32,000 nt of DNA, taken from NCBI RefSeq assembly GCF_003231495.1, contig NZ_PQWO01000028.1, positions 1-32,000 of the forward strand, given 5' to 3'. A program made the position numbers and the translations under genes. The notes below the pieces were generated by a model. The model saw nothing but the letters and a program-made list of their open reading frames with translations. It was not told the DNA's origin and did not search any database. Source of the stretch: Acaryochloris thomasi RCC1774. GTDB lineage: Bacteria > Cyanobacteriota > Cyanobacteriia > Thermosynechococcales > Thermosynechococcaceae. Below are positions 8,078 to 16,520 of the stretch, piece by piece. Position 1 is the first letter of the stretch, and each line of letters opens with the position of its first letter.

Positions 8078-8890
8078 CTACAGTAAACCATCCATCAAGG
8101 TCATCACCTCCACGGCCTCGGCAGAGAGGTCAGGCCCAGAAACCTGCTTTTCTAATACGCCTTTGAGGGCGATCAGCTTCAAACTATTTTCAGCCGGGGT
8201 GCGTGCGATCGCAACCGCCGCCGGCAAATATCCAATGGCTCCCAAATCAGAGAGCACCACCCGTCGGAGCGACAGATTGTCATGGGACAGCGCCTGCACC
8301 AGCCCCTCCCCATATTGGCGAGCAGCCTGAGGATCTGAGGTCAGTTGAAACATCGCACGCAAGGCCGCATATTGAATGCGCGGAACACTGTGATCTAAAA
8401 AGGGTTCAATTAAAGACCGCGCCTCTTGCGCCCCCAGCGTCCCCAACGCTTCAATAATCGCCTCAAAGGGTTGGACTAGATGCGGAGGTTCCGGTGCCGG
8501 TAGCGTCCCAGGGACCTGATCATTGAGCAATGCCACGAGCCGCGCAATACAGTCTGGATGGCCTAAACTTTCGAGTGCCTGCGCCGCCGCTTCGCGCACA
8601 TAAAAGTCAGAACACTCTAGAGCCACCAGCAAAGCTGAGACTGCCCTTTGATGCCCCAGCTTCCCTAGCGCCCTAGCCGCATTGCGCCGGAGGGGATATC
8701 CACCAGCCTCTGTGCGATCGTCCTCATCCGCTAAGGCTGCAATTAAGCCATCCACGGCATCCGGTGTATCCACCCGAAACCGTCCTAGCCACCAAGCCGC
8801 ATAGACGCGTAGCCCTAGGTCCTCTCCCTGTAAATGATCAACAGCCTGCTCAACCGTAAGCTGCTGATTTTCCTGCTCGCATGTATCCAC
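8078..8890 (-). CDS. cpcE: Phycocyanobilin lyase subunit CpcE
   Basis: LTVEQAVDHLQGEDLGLRVYAAWWLGRFRV...DEDDRTEAGGYPLRRNAARALGKLG...CSDFYVREAAAQALE is the characteristic CpcE signature. Confidence 0.85.
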   Translation of the reverse strand: MDTCEQENQQLTVEQAVDHLQGEDLGLRVYAAWWLGRFRVDTPDAVDGLIAALADEDDRTEAGGYPLRRNAARALGKLGHQRAVSALLVALECSDFYVREAAAQALESLGHPDCIARLVALLNDQVPGTLPAPEPPHLVQPFEAIIEALGTLGAQEARSLIEPFLDHSVPRIQYAALRAMFQLTSDPQAARQYGEGLVQALSHDNLSLRRVVLSDLGAIGYLPAAVAIARTPAENSLKLIALKGVLEKQVSGPDLSAEAVEVMTLMDGLL

Positions 8891-8901
8891 AGCTATCCCT
8901 C

Positions 8902-8949
8902 AAAAAAAAACCGGAGAAATGCTCGCGTTAGCGATCGCATCTTCTCCGG
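8902..8949 (-). terminator. Rho-independent terminator between cpcA and cpcE
   Basis: The minus-strand RNA reads CCGGAGAAGAUGC-loop-GCAUUUCUCCGG. This is a 12-bp stem with one bulge, followed by U9 (forward A9 at 8902-8910). Confidence 0.7.
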
Positions 8950-9065
8950 AAAAGCAATGACCAATACAAGGTGGCCCGAGTATATGTTTAGCCGTGATGA
9001 CAGGCCCAGCAGGTGCAAAAAGCCGCGACAGTTTGCGATTGCCAGGCCATCGAGGTTAAGCGATC

Positions 9066-9554
9066 TTAGCTGAGCGCATTAACAGCGTGGTCAATATAGG
9101 AGTTCGCTTCCAAAGCAGCATCTCCATTCAAGCCATGATTTGACTTGATGTACTTAAGCGCTTCAACATACCAGCTCGGTGATAGCTCAAAAGTGCGGTT
9201 AATTTCAGCGACGCCGCTGAGCAAGTACTCATCCATAGGGCCAGTACCACCAGCCACGCAGCAGTAAGTCACCATCCGTAGGTAGTAACCAATATCACGG
9301 GCACACTTATCTTTCCCTCTAGGGGTTGAAGAATAGTTATCGCCATCTAGCTGAGTGGTGTAAGGGAACTTTGAATACACCGCAGAAGCAGCACCACTGA
9401 TGAGGCTATCAGCTTTGCCTGTTAGGGCTTTTGCAGCCTGTAAACCTGCAGTTGCTTGCTTGTAGCGGCCAAACGCAACCTGCATTTCGCTATTGGTGAG
9501 AAATTGGCCTTGAGAATCCGCAGAAGCCAGTGCTTCAGTCAAAGGGGTTTTCAT
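9066..9554 (-). CDS. cpcA: C-phycocyanin alpha subunit
   Basis: The 162-aa product reads MKTPLTEA...ADSQGQFL...[10 protein letters not shown]...KFPYTT...[20 protein letters not shown]...[10 protein letters not shown]...[15 protein letters not shown]...NALS. This is a near-canonical CpcA, including the Cys84 context KCARD. Confidence 0.95.
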   Translation of the reverse strand: MKTPLTEALASADSQGQFLTNSEMQVAFGRYKQATAGLQAAKALTGKADSLISGAASAVYSKFPYTTQLDGDNYSSTPRGKDKCARDIGYYLRMVTYCCVAGGTGPMDEYLLSGVAEINRTFELSPSWYVEALKYIKSNHGLNGDAALEANSYIDHAVNALS

Positions 9555-9653
9555 TAATTATCTCCCGAAAAGAATTGAGTTCACGAGTAGGGTGACTCGC
9601 GATTGAGGTCATGCCCTCATCACGAGCCAAAAAGACAAGCAGTCTGAAGCAGA

Positions 9654-10169
9654 CTACACAGCGCGAGCGGCTAGATCAAAGTAACTGCCAACTTCAGCGA
9701 TCAGGTTGGAGCAGTCCCCTTGAGTAAAGGCACTTGGGTCGCTGATGAGCGCAACGCCCTCATCCTTCATGTTCTTAACCGCAGCTGACATCGAAGAACT
9801 AGGAACGCCTAGAGCTTGATAGGTTTCCTTGAGGCCATTCAAGCAGCGGTCCTCTAAGATACTGGCATCGCCAGCAAAGGCAGCATAGGTGATATAGCGC
9901 AGAATGATCTCTAAATCACGCAGGCAAGCAGCCATCCGTCGGTTGGTGTAGGCATTCCCACCGGGAGCGATTAGAGCAGGCTGACTGTCAAACAACGCGC
10001 GGGCTGCATTCGACACGATGGTCGAAGAATTGCTAGTTAAAGTATTGACAACATCCAAACGCTTGTTGCCATCTGAAACCATCGCCTGTAGGGCGTCGAT
10101 TTGAGAATCATCGAGGAAGTCACCCCGCGTGTCAGCCTGAGAGACTACTTTTGCAAATGCATCCAACAT
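9654..10169 (-). CDS. cpcB: C-phycocyanin beta subunit
   Basis: The canonical start [19 protein letters not shown] is at 10169. [18 protein letters not shown] (Cys82 site) and the GDCS (Cys153) context are present. The 47-aa upstream extension in the ORF track is not homologous to CpcB. Confidence 0.95.
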   Translation of the reverse strand: MLDAFAKVVSQADTRGDFLDDSQIDALQAMVSDGNKRLDVVNTLTSNSSTIVSNAARALFDSQPALIAPGGNAYTNRRMAACLRDLEIILRYITYAAFAGDASILEDRCLNGLKETYQALGVPSSSMSAAVKNMKDEGVALISDPSAFTQGDCSNLIAEVGSYFDLAARAV

Positions 10170-10772
10170 AAAATTCAACTCTCCTAGAATGGATATGGGA
10201 GTACGCTTTATAAGCCAATACAATGGCGCGGCAAAAAGCTCAAGACTTAAAGTCTCTGAGCCTGCCTGAAGCAGGTAAAGCAGTGAAACGGGCCTTTGCC
10301 CTGCCTTCATCCCTAAAGCAGATGAAGGACTTTACCTATCTTTTTGTAGTAATGAAACTTTGTTGCATTACTTTGTTTGTACTATGTCGCAGGTTCCTTA
10401 TTTATTACGAATTATAAAAAACCAGGGCTTCTATGAAGACCATAAATCGAGCGAATAATCGCTAGAGCCCAGAAACTACAAGCAGTTTGCGCCTCATCAT
10501 AGCGCAATAAATCTAAAATATATTACTGCCCATATTAGCCAACCTTCTTCAAACTTCTTCGCTTTACTATAAGGTTGGCCAGCAGAAAATCTTTAAGCCG
10601 AGGCAACAGAAGGCTGACTCGACTCAAGACTGAGATGGGACTGAACCAGAGAAGACTCTCGGTGCCCCGCTTCCCCATCCTACGCATCTAATAGGTAAAG
10701 AGGGAATGGACAGGTAAAGTGCCCCCGTCCATAGACTTACATCTATAGATGAAGGGTCAGGCCGTAGACCGA

Positions 10773-11501
10773 CTATCCGGCTGGCGCATGCAGTACCAGC
10801 CACAACGCCGCTGCCGCTACAACAGAGATAGCAACGATTAGCAGACGTTTTTCATCCGAGCCCAGATTTAGGCGCAGGCCAGAACCACTCAGCCCTGACG
10901 CTCGGAGAGGGTCCTCACGACTCGGGCGAGGCAGCTGATCGCGATAATCAGTGCCGTAGCGGGCCGTATGGGCAAAGGTCCATTCGCCCTGCGTTCGCTG
11001 CGGCAAAACCCGACGCCGCTGGTAAGGAACCGTATGCTCGCCAAAGTGCCGCATGTATTCATCACTGTCAATCAGCTCGGCAATGAAGCCCTGCAGTCCC
11101 CTTGTAGCCAAGATAATCGACCAAGCAAGCTTCTCCCGTTCGCTGTAGACCTGCCGACCCAGAATCCGCTGCACACACAGTTCAGTAAATCGATAGTTAT
11201 TGTTGACCTCATAGTTGAGTCGGCGAAAAGCATCAGATGTAGCCAAACCACGAATAAATTCTCGCACCGTTATTTGCCCAATCATGAGCTGCGACTCTAG
11301 AAAGGTTTGACGACAGAAAGACAGCATCTGCTGCTCGTGGAAGATCTGTAGATAGGCAGCCTCAATCAGGTCGCCTTTCTCACTCACCGACAGTGAACGC
11401 TCTGTCGAATAGAGTCGGGGTTGCTCATCACCAGGAAGCTCAAATCCTGGGACACGAGTATTTCGAGAGGTCGGAGTAAACTCCAGTAAAGGTAATGGCA
11501 T
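10773..11501 (-). CDS. cpcL: Phycobilisome rod-core linker paralog, CpcL (CpcG2) type with C-terminal hydrophobic anchor
   Basis: The sequence reads MPLPLLEF...IEAAYLQIFHEQQML...ITVREFIRGLATSDAFRRLNYEVNNNYRF...LGRQVYSEREKLAWSI...VPYQRRR (PBS-linker domain). The C terminus LLIVAISVVAAAALWLVL is a predicted TM helix. The start at the ATG at 11501 is set by alignment with the two paralogs. Confidence 0.8.
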   Translation of the reverse strand: MPLPLLEFTPTSRNTRVPGFELPGDEQPRLYSTERSLSVSEKGDLIEAAYLQIFHEQQMLSFCRQTFLESQLMIGQITVREFIRGLATSDAFRRLNYEVNNNYRFTELCVQRILGRQVYSEREKLAWSIILATRGLQGFIAELIDSDEYMRHFGEHTVPYQRRRVLPQRTQGEWTFAHTARYGTDYRDQLPRPSREDPLRASGLSGSGLRLNLGSDEKRLLIVAISVVAAAALWLVLHAPAG

Positions 11502-11951
11502 ATTCAACGCACCTCCAACGAGTGTAATGGACTCCAAAAGTTCAATACGAATCTAATGGCACCCGCCCCGGCAGCAATCCTAGCCCCGCATTCAGGCCAC
11601 CAAACTACGGCAAAACAGAATCGTTCAACGTCCCGCATCTTTTCTTAAAATCGGCGTTCAAGCTCCGCAGGCCATCGCTCCAACAATGAGTGCCGAAGAC
11701 GTGAGGGTTGATACGAAAAAATGTCTAGAGCCCCAATATCAAAGGTTCCTGACTCTGATTTTAAAGCGGATAATATTGACTTTTAAAGCCTAGGCCTCAA
11801 TCATAAGGTAAATAAGTATTTTTGCTTAAGCAATTCGACTATAAATTAGGAATTATTCACAATAAGGCGATCCAAGCAACATCGACGGCTTGTCACACCC
11901 TGCGGCCCACCGCTGTGGAGACGGGGTCGCATAGAGTCACAGGAGCTATGC

Positions 11952-13052
11952 TTAGAGCTTATGAATGGGTTGCCCGGTCACGGCCCAGGCTGCAAGGGCT
12001 TCTCGACAGCGGCTTGGGTCAGGCTCGGCACAGAAGCTGCTGCAGTCCATTTCTTCAATCAACAGAAAGCTCGAAGGGTCGGGCAAGTTCAGCATCACCA
12101 CCGTATCCTCTGCATCCGTAGTGCCGGAGAGGCTATTGTAGATAATGTTCCGCAGCGTTTCTAAGTGAATCTCTCCAAGATGCTGACTGTAGAAGGCCAA
12201 CACGCTTTGGGCCTCCAGCGGCAGACTGGGTAACCATTCCTCAGAGGTCGAGGGAAACAACAGCAACAGGGTAATCTCGGCAGGCAGCAAGGCTTGAAGT
12301 TTACGAGAGGATTGATTCCCACAAAAAAGCCGATGGCGACGGCCCAACAGCCAGGTCTCACCTTTTTTGACCGTGGGCGGTTCAACGCTCACCAACGGCG
12401 CTGCAGGGGATGGCTTTTGATGTCTGTTCCTGGTTCTAGAAGAGAGGCTGCCGCCAATATTGCTGACATCGACGGTATAGGTTTTTCCGCCCCTTTGAGC
12501 GAGACGAGGTGAGGGTTCAGAAACATCAGGCGCAGCGGGCTCACCCTTTCGGCCCTGCCGTTCTTGGCGCAGCTGACCTACGAACGGATGGCTCACGTGA
12601 CAACGCGCGGCAATTTCGCGATCGCTCCACTGTCGCCACTCTGGGTCATCAAGCAGAGTTTCGACCACCCGCCGCTTATCGGCATTAGACCGCCGCAGAC
12701 CGTGGGTCGCGTTGGCCCCTGCACTATACAAAATGGCATCTCGCCGTGTACCGGCTTTCACTTCAGCCGCAATTTCCTTCCGCTCAGCCACTTCATGGGC
12801 TTTAACGCGATGAAAACCGTCGGCGAGCCAATAGCTCTCGCCATCGTAGAACAAAGTAACAGGCGGGAACTGCTCCCCCTCGTTTAGACTACGGCGATAG
12901 GTCTCTAGGGTTTCTGGGTCCAAACAGGCACGAGACTGAGTACCACCATCCCGACGAATGCTTTGAATACGGATCCAGTCAACCTGGACTGTAGAGACGT
13001 CGGTCCCTGCTTCTAGACGGCGCGACTTCGGATGGGATTGGATCGCAGACAT
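11952..13052 (-). CDS. ParB/Srx-like N-terminal domain protein fused to a degenerate, shortened DNA methyltransferase-like domain
   Basis: The ParB-N-like part reads IRIQSIRRDGGTQSR...PPVTLFYDGESYWLADGFHRVKAH. An HTH-like part reads WSDREIAARCHVSHPFVGQLR. The C-terminal part begins GETWLLGRRHRLFCGN (compare W-x-LG-x-HRL-x-CGD of ParB-methylase fusions). It has FPST where DPPY is expected and PDPSS where FGGSG is expected. It ends EPDPSRCREALAAWAVTGQP (compare E-x-DP-x-Y-x-x-x-x-x-RW-x-x-x-TG). The start is set at 13052 because a terminator lies inside the longer ORF. Confidence 0.65.
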   Translation of the reverse strand: MSAIQSHPKSRRLEAGTDVSTVQVDWIRIQSIRRDGGTQSRACLDPETLETYRRSLNEGEQFPPVTLFYDGESYWLADGFHRVKAHEVAERKEIAAEVKAGTRRDAILYSAGANATHGLRRSNADKRRVVETLLDDPEWRQWSDREIAARCHVSHPFVGQLRQERQGRKGEPAAPDVSEPSPRLAQRGGKTYTVDVSNIGGSLSSRTRNRHQKPSPAAPLVSVEPPTVKKGETWLLGRRHRLFCGNQSSRKLQALLPAEITLLLLFPSTSEEWLPSLPLEAQSVLAFYSQHLGEIHLETLRNIIYNSLSGTTDAEDTVVMLNLPDPSSFLLIEEMDCSSFCAEPDPSRCREALAAWAVTGQPIHKL

Positions 13053-13321
13053 GGACGCTCTTGGATAAGGCCAACCAAAAATGTAAAGAAATATATCTGG
13101 TAATCTTAACAGATACATTTCCTTGTATAGGCCAATGAGAGTCATTGAGTATACGAACCTGTTCTGCTGACCGTCTATAGAACAGTCAGTATAGGTAGGA
13201 CAGCCCTTAGGGATATTCTTCCCCTCCTTAGGTCTGGAGTCAGGATATCCGGCAATCGCTGCATGAGCAGAGACGCATCGACAGAAAACGGTTATCCAGT
13301 TTAGCCTTTGCAAAACGCACT

Positions 13322-13356
13322 CAAAAAAGGCTTCCACTTGTCTCAGTGGAAGCCTT
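13322..13356 (-). terminator. Rho-independent terminator downstream of the second cpcG paralog
   Basis: The minus-strand RNA reads GGCUUCCACU-GAGACA-AGUGGAAGCC. This is a perfect 10-bp stem, extendable by A-U pairs, followed by U6 (forward A6 at 13323-13328). Confidence 0.75.
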
Positions 13357-13408
13357 CAGAAATGTCTTGATTTAAAGCATGGCCAGCGAGTAAGCCGCTG
13401 GCATTGAG

Positions 13409-14272
13409 CTAAGAGCTAAATAAAGCAACAGCTCCGACAAGAGTAATCAGTACCGAAATAATCAGCACAGGTGCTAACAGCTCAGTGAACTTGATTTGAC
13501 CACCATCGGACGTTGAAGAGGAGGAGGAGCGGCTAACGCGAGCTGCTGCAGGACGGGCTGCAGGACGGGCTGCAGGACGAGGAGCTGCTGCAGGACGACG
13601 GGCTGCTGCAGGACGAGCAAAGGTACCACCGGAAGGACGCTGAACCCGAGTTTTGGCACTCGATCGTCGAGAAGAACGATTAGATCGCCCAGAACCGGAT
13701 AGCTGGTTTCTGTAGTCGTCGCCATAGCGAGCTTCGTGGGCAAACGTCACCTCGCCTTCGGTTCGCTGCTGTAGAATCCGGCGTCTTTGGTAGGGCACCG
13801 TATACTCGCCAAAGTTATCGAGGTATTCATCACTCTCTAGCAGGGCATTCACAAAACCATTGAGGCCTTTAGTAGCCAAGACGATAGACCAAGCAATGGT
13901 TTCACGATCGCTATAAACCTGTCGGCCGAGAAGGCGCTGCACACAAAGCTCAGCGAAGCGGTAATTGTTGTTGACATCAAAGTTGAGACGACGAAAAGAA
14001 TCAGAGGTGGTGAGGCCCCGAATAAAGTCTTTGACGGTGATCTGGCCGGTCTTCAGCTGAGATTCTAGAGCGGTCTGGCGATTGAAGTCCAGCATTTGCT
14101 GCTCATGGAAAATCTGTAGATAGGCAGCCTCAATCAAAGTCTCCATGTCACCGGGTGACAGAACATTCTCAATGGTAAAAACCCTGGGCTGCTCATCACC
14201 AGGAACATCGAAACGAGAAGAGACACGCGTATTCTGAGACGTAGGAGCATATTCCAGCAACGGCAACGGCAT
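13409..14272 (-). CDS. cpcL: Phycobilisome rod-core linker paralog, CpcL type, with Arg/Pro/Ala repeat spacer and C-terminal TM helix
   Basis: MPLPLLEYAPTSQNTRV...PBS-linker domain is about 85% identical to the paralog at 14877-15566. It is followed by ARPAAARRPAAAPRPAARPAARPAAAR and then LLAPVLIISVLITLVGAVALF. The ATG at 14272 aligns with the other paralogs. Confidence 0.8.
   Translation of the reverse strand: MPLPLLEYAPTSQNTRVSSRFDVPGDEQPRVFTIENVLSPGDMETLIEAAYLQIFHEQQMLDFNRQTALESQLKTGQITVKDFIRGLTTSDSFRRLNFDVNNNYRFAELCVQRLLGRQVYSDRETIAWSIVLATKGLNGFVNALLESDEYLDNFGEYTVPYQRRRILQQRTEGEVTFAHEARYGDDYRNQLSGSGRSNRSSRRSSAKTRVQRPSGGTFARPAAARRPAAAPRPAARPAARPAAARVSRSSSSSTSDGGQIKFTELLAPVLIISVLITLVGAVALFSS
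13542..13618 (-). repeat. In-frame 12-bp tandem repeat (GCTGCAGGACGG units) encoding (R-P-A-A)n
   Basis: There are direct tandem copies at 13545-13556, 13557-13568 and 13569-13580. Degenerate copies continue to about 13618. Confidence 0.8.
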
Positions 14273-14792
14273 ATTCAAAACACCTCAAAAATGAATGATT
14301 TACAAAAATGAATGATTGATATGAAAGACCCCGACGTTAATAAAACGCACCAGCCTTCGGCAGTCGTCACTATTGAATAGAATAGCCATGAGCCTACAAT
14401 GAAGCTTCAATGCGCTGATGGAGAAAGCTTATGGCTGATTTGCCACAGGCAATAACTCGGTCACTGCCATCGTGGCTTTAAATAGCACTGGCAAAGGGTG
14501 AGATCTCTAGTGCTCATCATACGCTAGTGCCCACACATTAATTTACGAAGTTATTTGAAGGCGAAATGAGAGTTCATCAAAAATTCTCAAGGGAATTGCG
14601 ACCCTACAGCATCACAACATCACCTCAACCGGCGCAGGTTTCTCTATCCATATCTTTCATGCTGCTGCACCTCGCTAAACCCGCATCTCTAATCCATAGA
14701 GTGGTCTGATCGCCTAAAGCTCTAGCACCGGAGAAAAGTGGTGTCGGATTAGACGTATCGGTGAGCGCGTGTCCCCTTTCACCCAGGTGAAT

Positions 14793-14837
14793 TCCATAAT
14801 TTGACCAGCCGTCAACAATAACTGATCAAATTATGGA
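14793..14837 (-). terminator. Possible terminator hairpin downstream of cpcG (12-bp perfect stem, weak U tract)
   Basis: TCCATAATTTGA (14793-14804) is the exact reverse complement of TCAAATTATGGA (14826-14837), with a 21-nt loop, 40-85 nt after the stop at 14877. The stem is AU-rich and there is no clear U run, so the functional assignment is weak. Confidence 0.3.
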
Positions 14838-14876
14838 GACATTCCCACTGAAGTCATATGCACCAACGACGAAGTC

Positions 14877-15566
14877 TCAGCGACTCGCTCCAACCCTGGT
14901 CGCCCTGGTCATAAAGTTTAGAATTCGAGTTGTTGTTTTTTTCTTCGATTTCGCTGCGCTACGTTGAGAGCGATTAGAGCGTTCAGCACTCGCCTGCTGA
15001 TTCCGGTAATCAGTACCGTAGCGGGGCATATGGGCAAAGGTCACCTCGCCTTCGGCTCGCTGCTGTAAGACCCGACGTCTTTGATACGGAACGGTATATT
15101 CACCAAAGTTATCGAGATATTCGTCACTCTCGAGTAGTGCGTTAATGAAGCCGTTCAGACCTTTGTTCGCTAGCACAATAGACCAAGCGATTGTTTCCCG
15201 ATCGCTGTACACCTGTCGGCCTAAAATCCGCTGAACACAGAGTTCAGAAAATCGGTAATTGTTGTTGACATCAAAGTTGAGACGGCGAAAAGAATCAGAG
15301 GTAGCCAGACCTCTAATAAAATCTTTGACGGTGATCTGGCCGGTCTTCAGCTGAGATTCTAGAGTCGTCTGGCGATTAAAGTCCAGCATCTGCTGCTCGT
15401 GAAAAAGCTGCAAATAGGCAGCCTCAATCAAGGTCTCAATGTCGCTCGGTTCAAATAGATCGTCTGTTGAAAAAACCCGTGGCTGTTCATCGCCAGGAAC
15501 ATCAAACCGAGAGGAGACACGCGTATTCTGAGAGGTAGGAGAATATTCCAGCAATGGCAACGGCAT
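14877..15566 (-). CDS. cpcG: Phycobilisome rod-core linker CpcG (CpcG1 type, no hydrophobic tail)
   Basis: The sequence reads MPLPLLEYSPTSQNTRVSSRFDVPGDEQPRVF...IEAAYLQLFHEQQMLDFNRQ...NNNYRFSELCVQRILGRQVYSDRE...VPYQRRRVL. The C terminus is basic and hydrophilic. Confidence 0.85.
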   Translation of the reverse strand: MPLPLLEYSPTSQNTRVSSRFDVPGDEQPRVFSTDDLFEPSDIETLIEAAYLQLFHEQQMLDFNRQTTLESQLKTGQITVKDFIRGLATSDSFRRLNFDVNNNYRFSELCVQRILGRQVYSDRETIAWSIVLANKGLNGFINALLESDEYLDNFGEYTVPYQRRRVLQQRAEGEVTFAHMPRYGTDYRNQQASAERSNRSQRSAAKSKKKTTTRILNFMTRATRVGASR

Positions 15567-15758
15567 GTTTAAAACACCTCAAAAATTAATAATTTATAGG
15601 AAAAACCTCGACGTTAATACAAAGCGTCAGCATTCGGCAGCTGCAAATAATGAATGAATGATAGTAATGAACCGACGATCGAGCTTGGACTCACTAACGA
15701 AAAATGCTTATGTTTTCCATTAGCTGTCACTCAGTCCTTGCTATCGAGACCTGAAGCA

Positions 15759-15804
15759 GCACTAGCGTATAGCGAGATCTTTAGTCGCTATCATACGCTA
15801 GTGC
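15759..15804 (-). promoter_or_regulatory. 46-bp imperfect palindrome upstream of cpcG (GCACTAGC motifs around a GAGATCT core)
   Basis: The element reads GCACTAGCGTAT-AGCGA-gatctttag-TCGCT-atc-ATACGCTAGTGC. A degenerate paralogous copy lies at about 14484-14530 upstream of the neighbouring paralog and shares ATCATACGCTAGTGC and GAGATCT. Each lies about 190-260 nt upstream of its start codon. Confidence 0.3.
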
Positions 15805-15899
15805 ACATACATTAATTCACAAATTTATTTAAAGAAACAATGCACAGTTCATAGAGAATCCCTATCCCTGCAGATCTAAACAATCTGGCATAAGCAGAT

Positions 15900-16520
15900 T
15901 TACGAACCGAGACGTGAATAATCTTGCGAGGGCGAATCTGCTACTGCATCGGAGGATAAGCTTGATTGGACAGCTTGAGCGGCAGGTGGAACTGAAGCGA
16001 GCCCACGCCGTAATTCAGTACAGAAGGTTGCGGTGGTGAAAGATTCGAACCTTTTTACGGTACTGGTTCGCATACGGAGATTCGGACTGGCAAACCAAAA
16101 GCGCTCCACTGAACTCATCACTTCGTATTCGGTCGTGAGGACAAGAGCATCCTGTTCATCCATGTAGTATTGCCCAGCCACGGGAACCGTTTCGGCATAG
16201 CCCTGTTCTCTGAGGAGTTTCCCCCGTCGGGGATGGTCAGCATCTGGAATCAGCGCAAAGACACTGGAGGAGTCATGGCTTTCATTTTCTTTATCCCACG
16301 CCATTGAACCTTTCCAGCCTACGTACGCGCCACCCACGGCCAAACTGGAGTCGACACCATGCAGTTGACAAAGCTCGACAATGCGCGGATCGCTTGCGGG
16401 CAGGGCCTCGACCTGAATCTCAAATTGACCCGATTCAGCCTTTTTGAAGGCCAGATGATGTGTGGTCCGATGAGATTGCCATGTGCCAGTACTCAGTTCA
16501 AAAAACGCCATTACATCCAT
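15900..16520 (-). CDS. cpcS: Phycobiliprotein bilin lyase, CpcS/CpeS (S/U-type) family
   Basis: MDVMAFFELSTGTWQSHRTTHHLAF...WKGSMAWDK...LLREQGYAE...ERFWFASPNLRMRTS...ATFCTELRRG matches the conserved S-type lyase pattern (FF-x-S-x-G-x-W-x-S-x-R-x-x-HHL ... ER-x-WF-x-x-x-NLR-x-R). Confidence 0.8.
   Translation of the reverse strand: MDVMAFFELSTGTWQSHRTTHHLAFKKAESGQFEIQVEALPASDPRIVELCQLHGVDSSLAVGGAYVGWKGSMAWDKENESHDSSSVFALIPDADHPRRGKLLREQGYAETVPVAGQYYMDEQDALVLTTEYEVMSSVERFWFASPNLRMRTSTVKRFESFTTATFCTELRRGLASVPPAAQAVQSSLSSDAVADSPSQDYSRLGS

Noticed and set aside
10170-10310. N-terminal 47-aa extension of the cpcB ORF (track start at 10310)
   Set aside because: Canonical CpcB begins MLDAFAKVV at 10169, and the extension has no homology to phycocyanin.
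12294-12887. Plus-strand ORFs 12294-12512 and 12564-12887. The same applies to 6043-6348, 7439-7675, 8037-8457, 10889-11300, 13474-13743, 18190-18953, 18914-19105, 19222-19527, 19795-20323, 20786-21074, 21151-21690, 22245-22463, 23118-23442, 24282-24497, 24995-25195 and 25418-25642
   Set aside because: All overlap, in another frame or on the opposite strand, genes with strong homology signatures. Their compositions are typical of shadow ORFs.
13053-13337. The 95-aa upstream extension of the ParB-like ORF (461-aa version)
   Set aside because: The extension is AT-rich with odd composition. It also contains the hairpin and U6 terminator of the upstream cpcL at 13322-13356. The homologous ParB domain starts after the Met at 13052.
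13542-13618. The short tandem repeats as a CRISPR or minisatellite locus
   Set aside because: The units are 12 bp with no spacers, and they are in frame within the cpcL coding sequence. This is a coding low-complexity repeat, not a CRISPR array.
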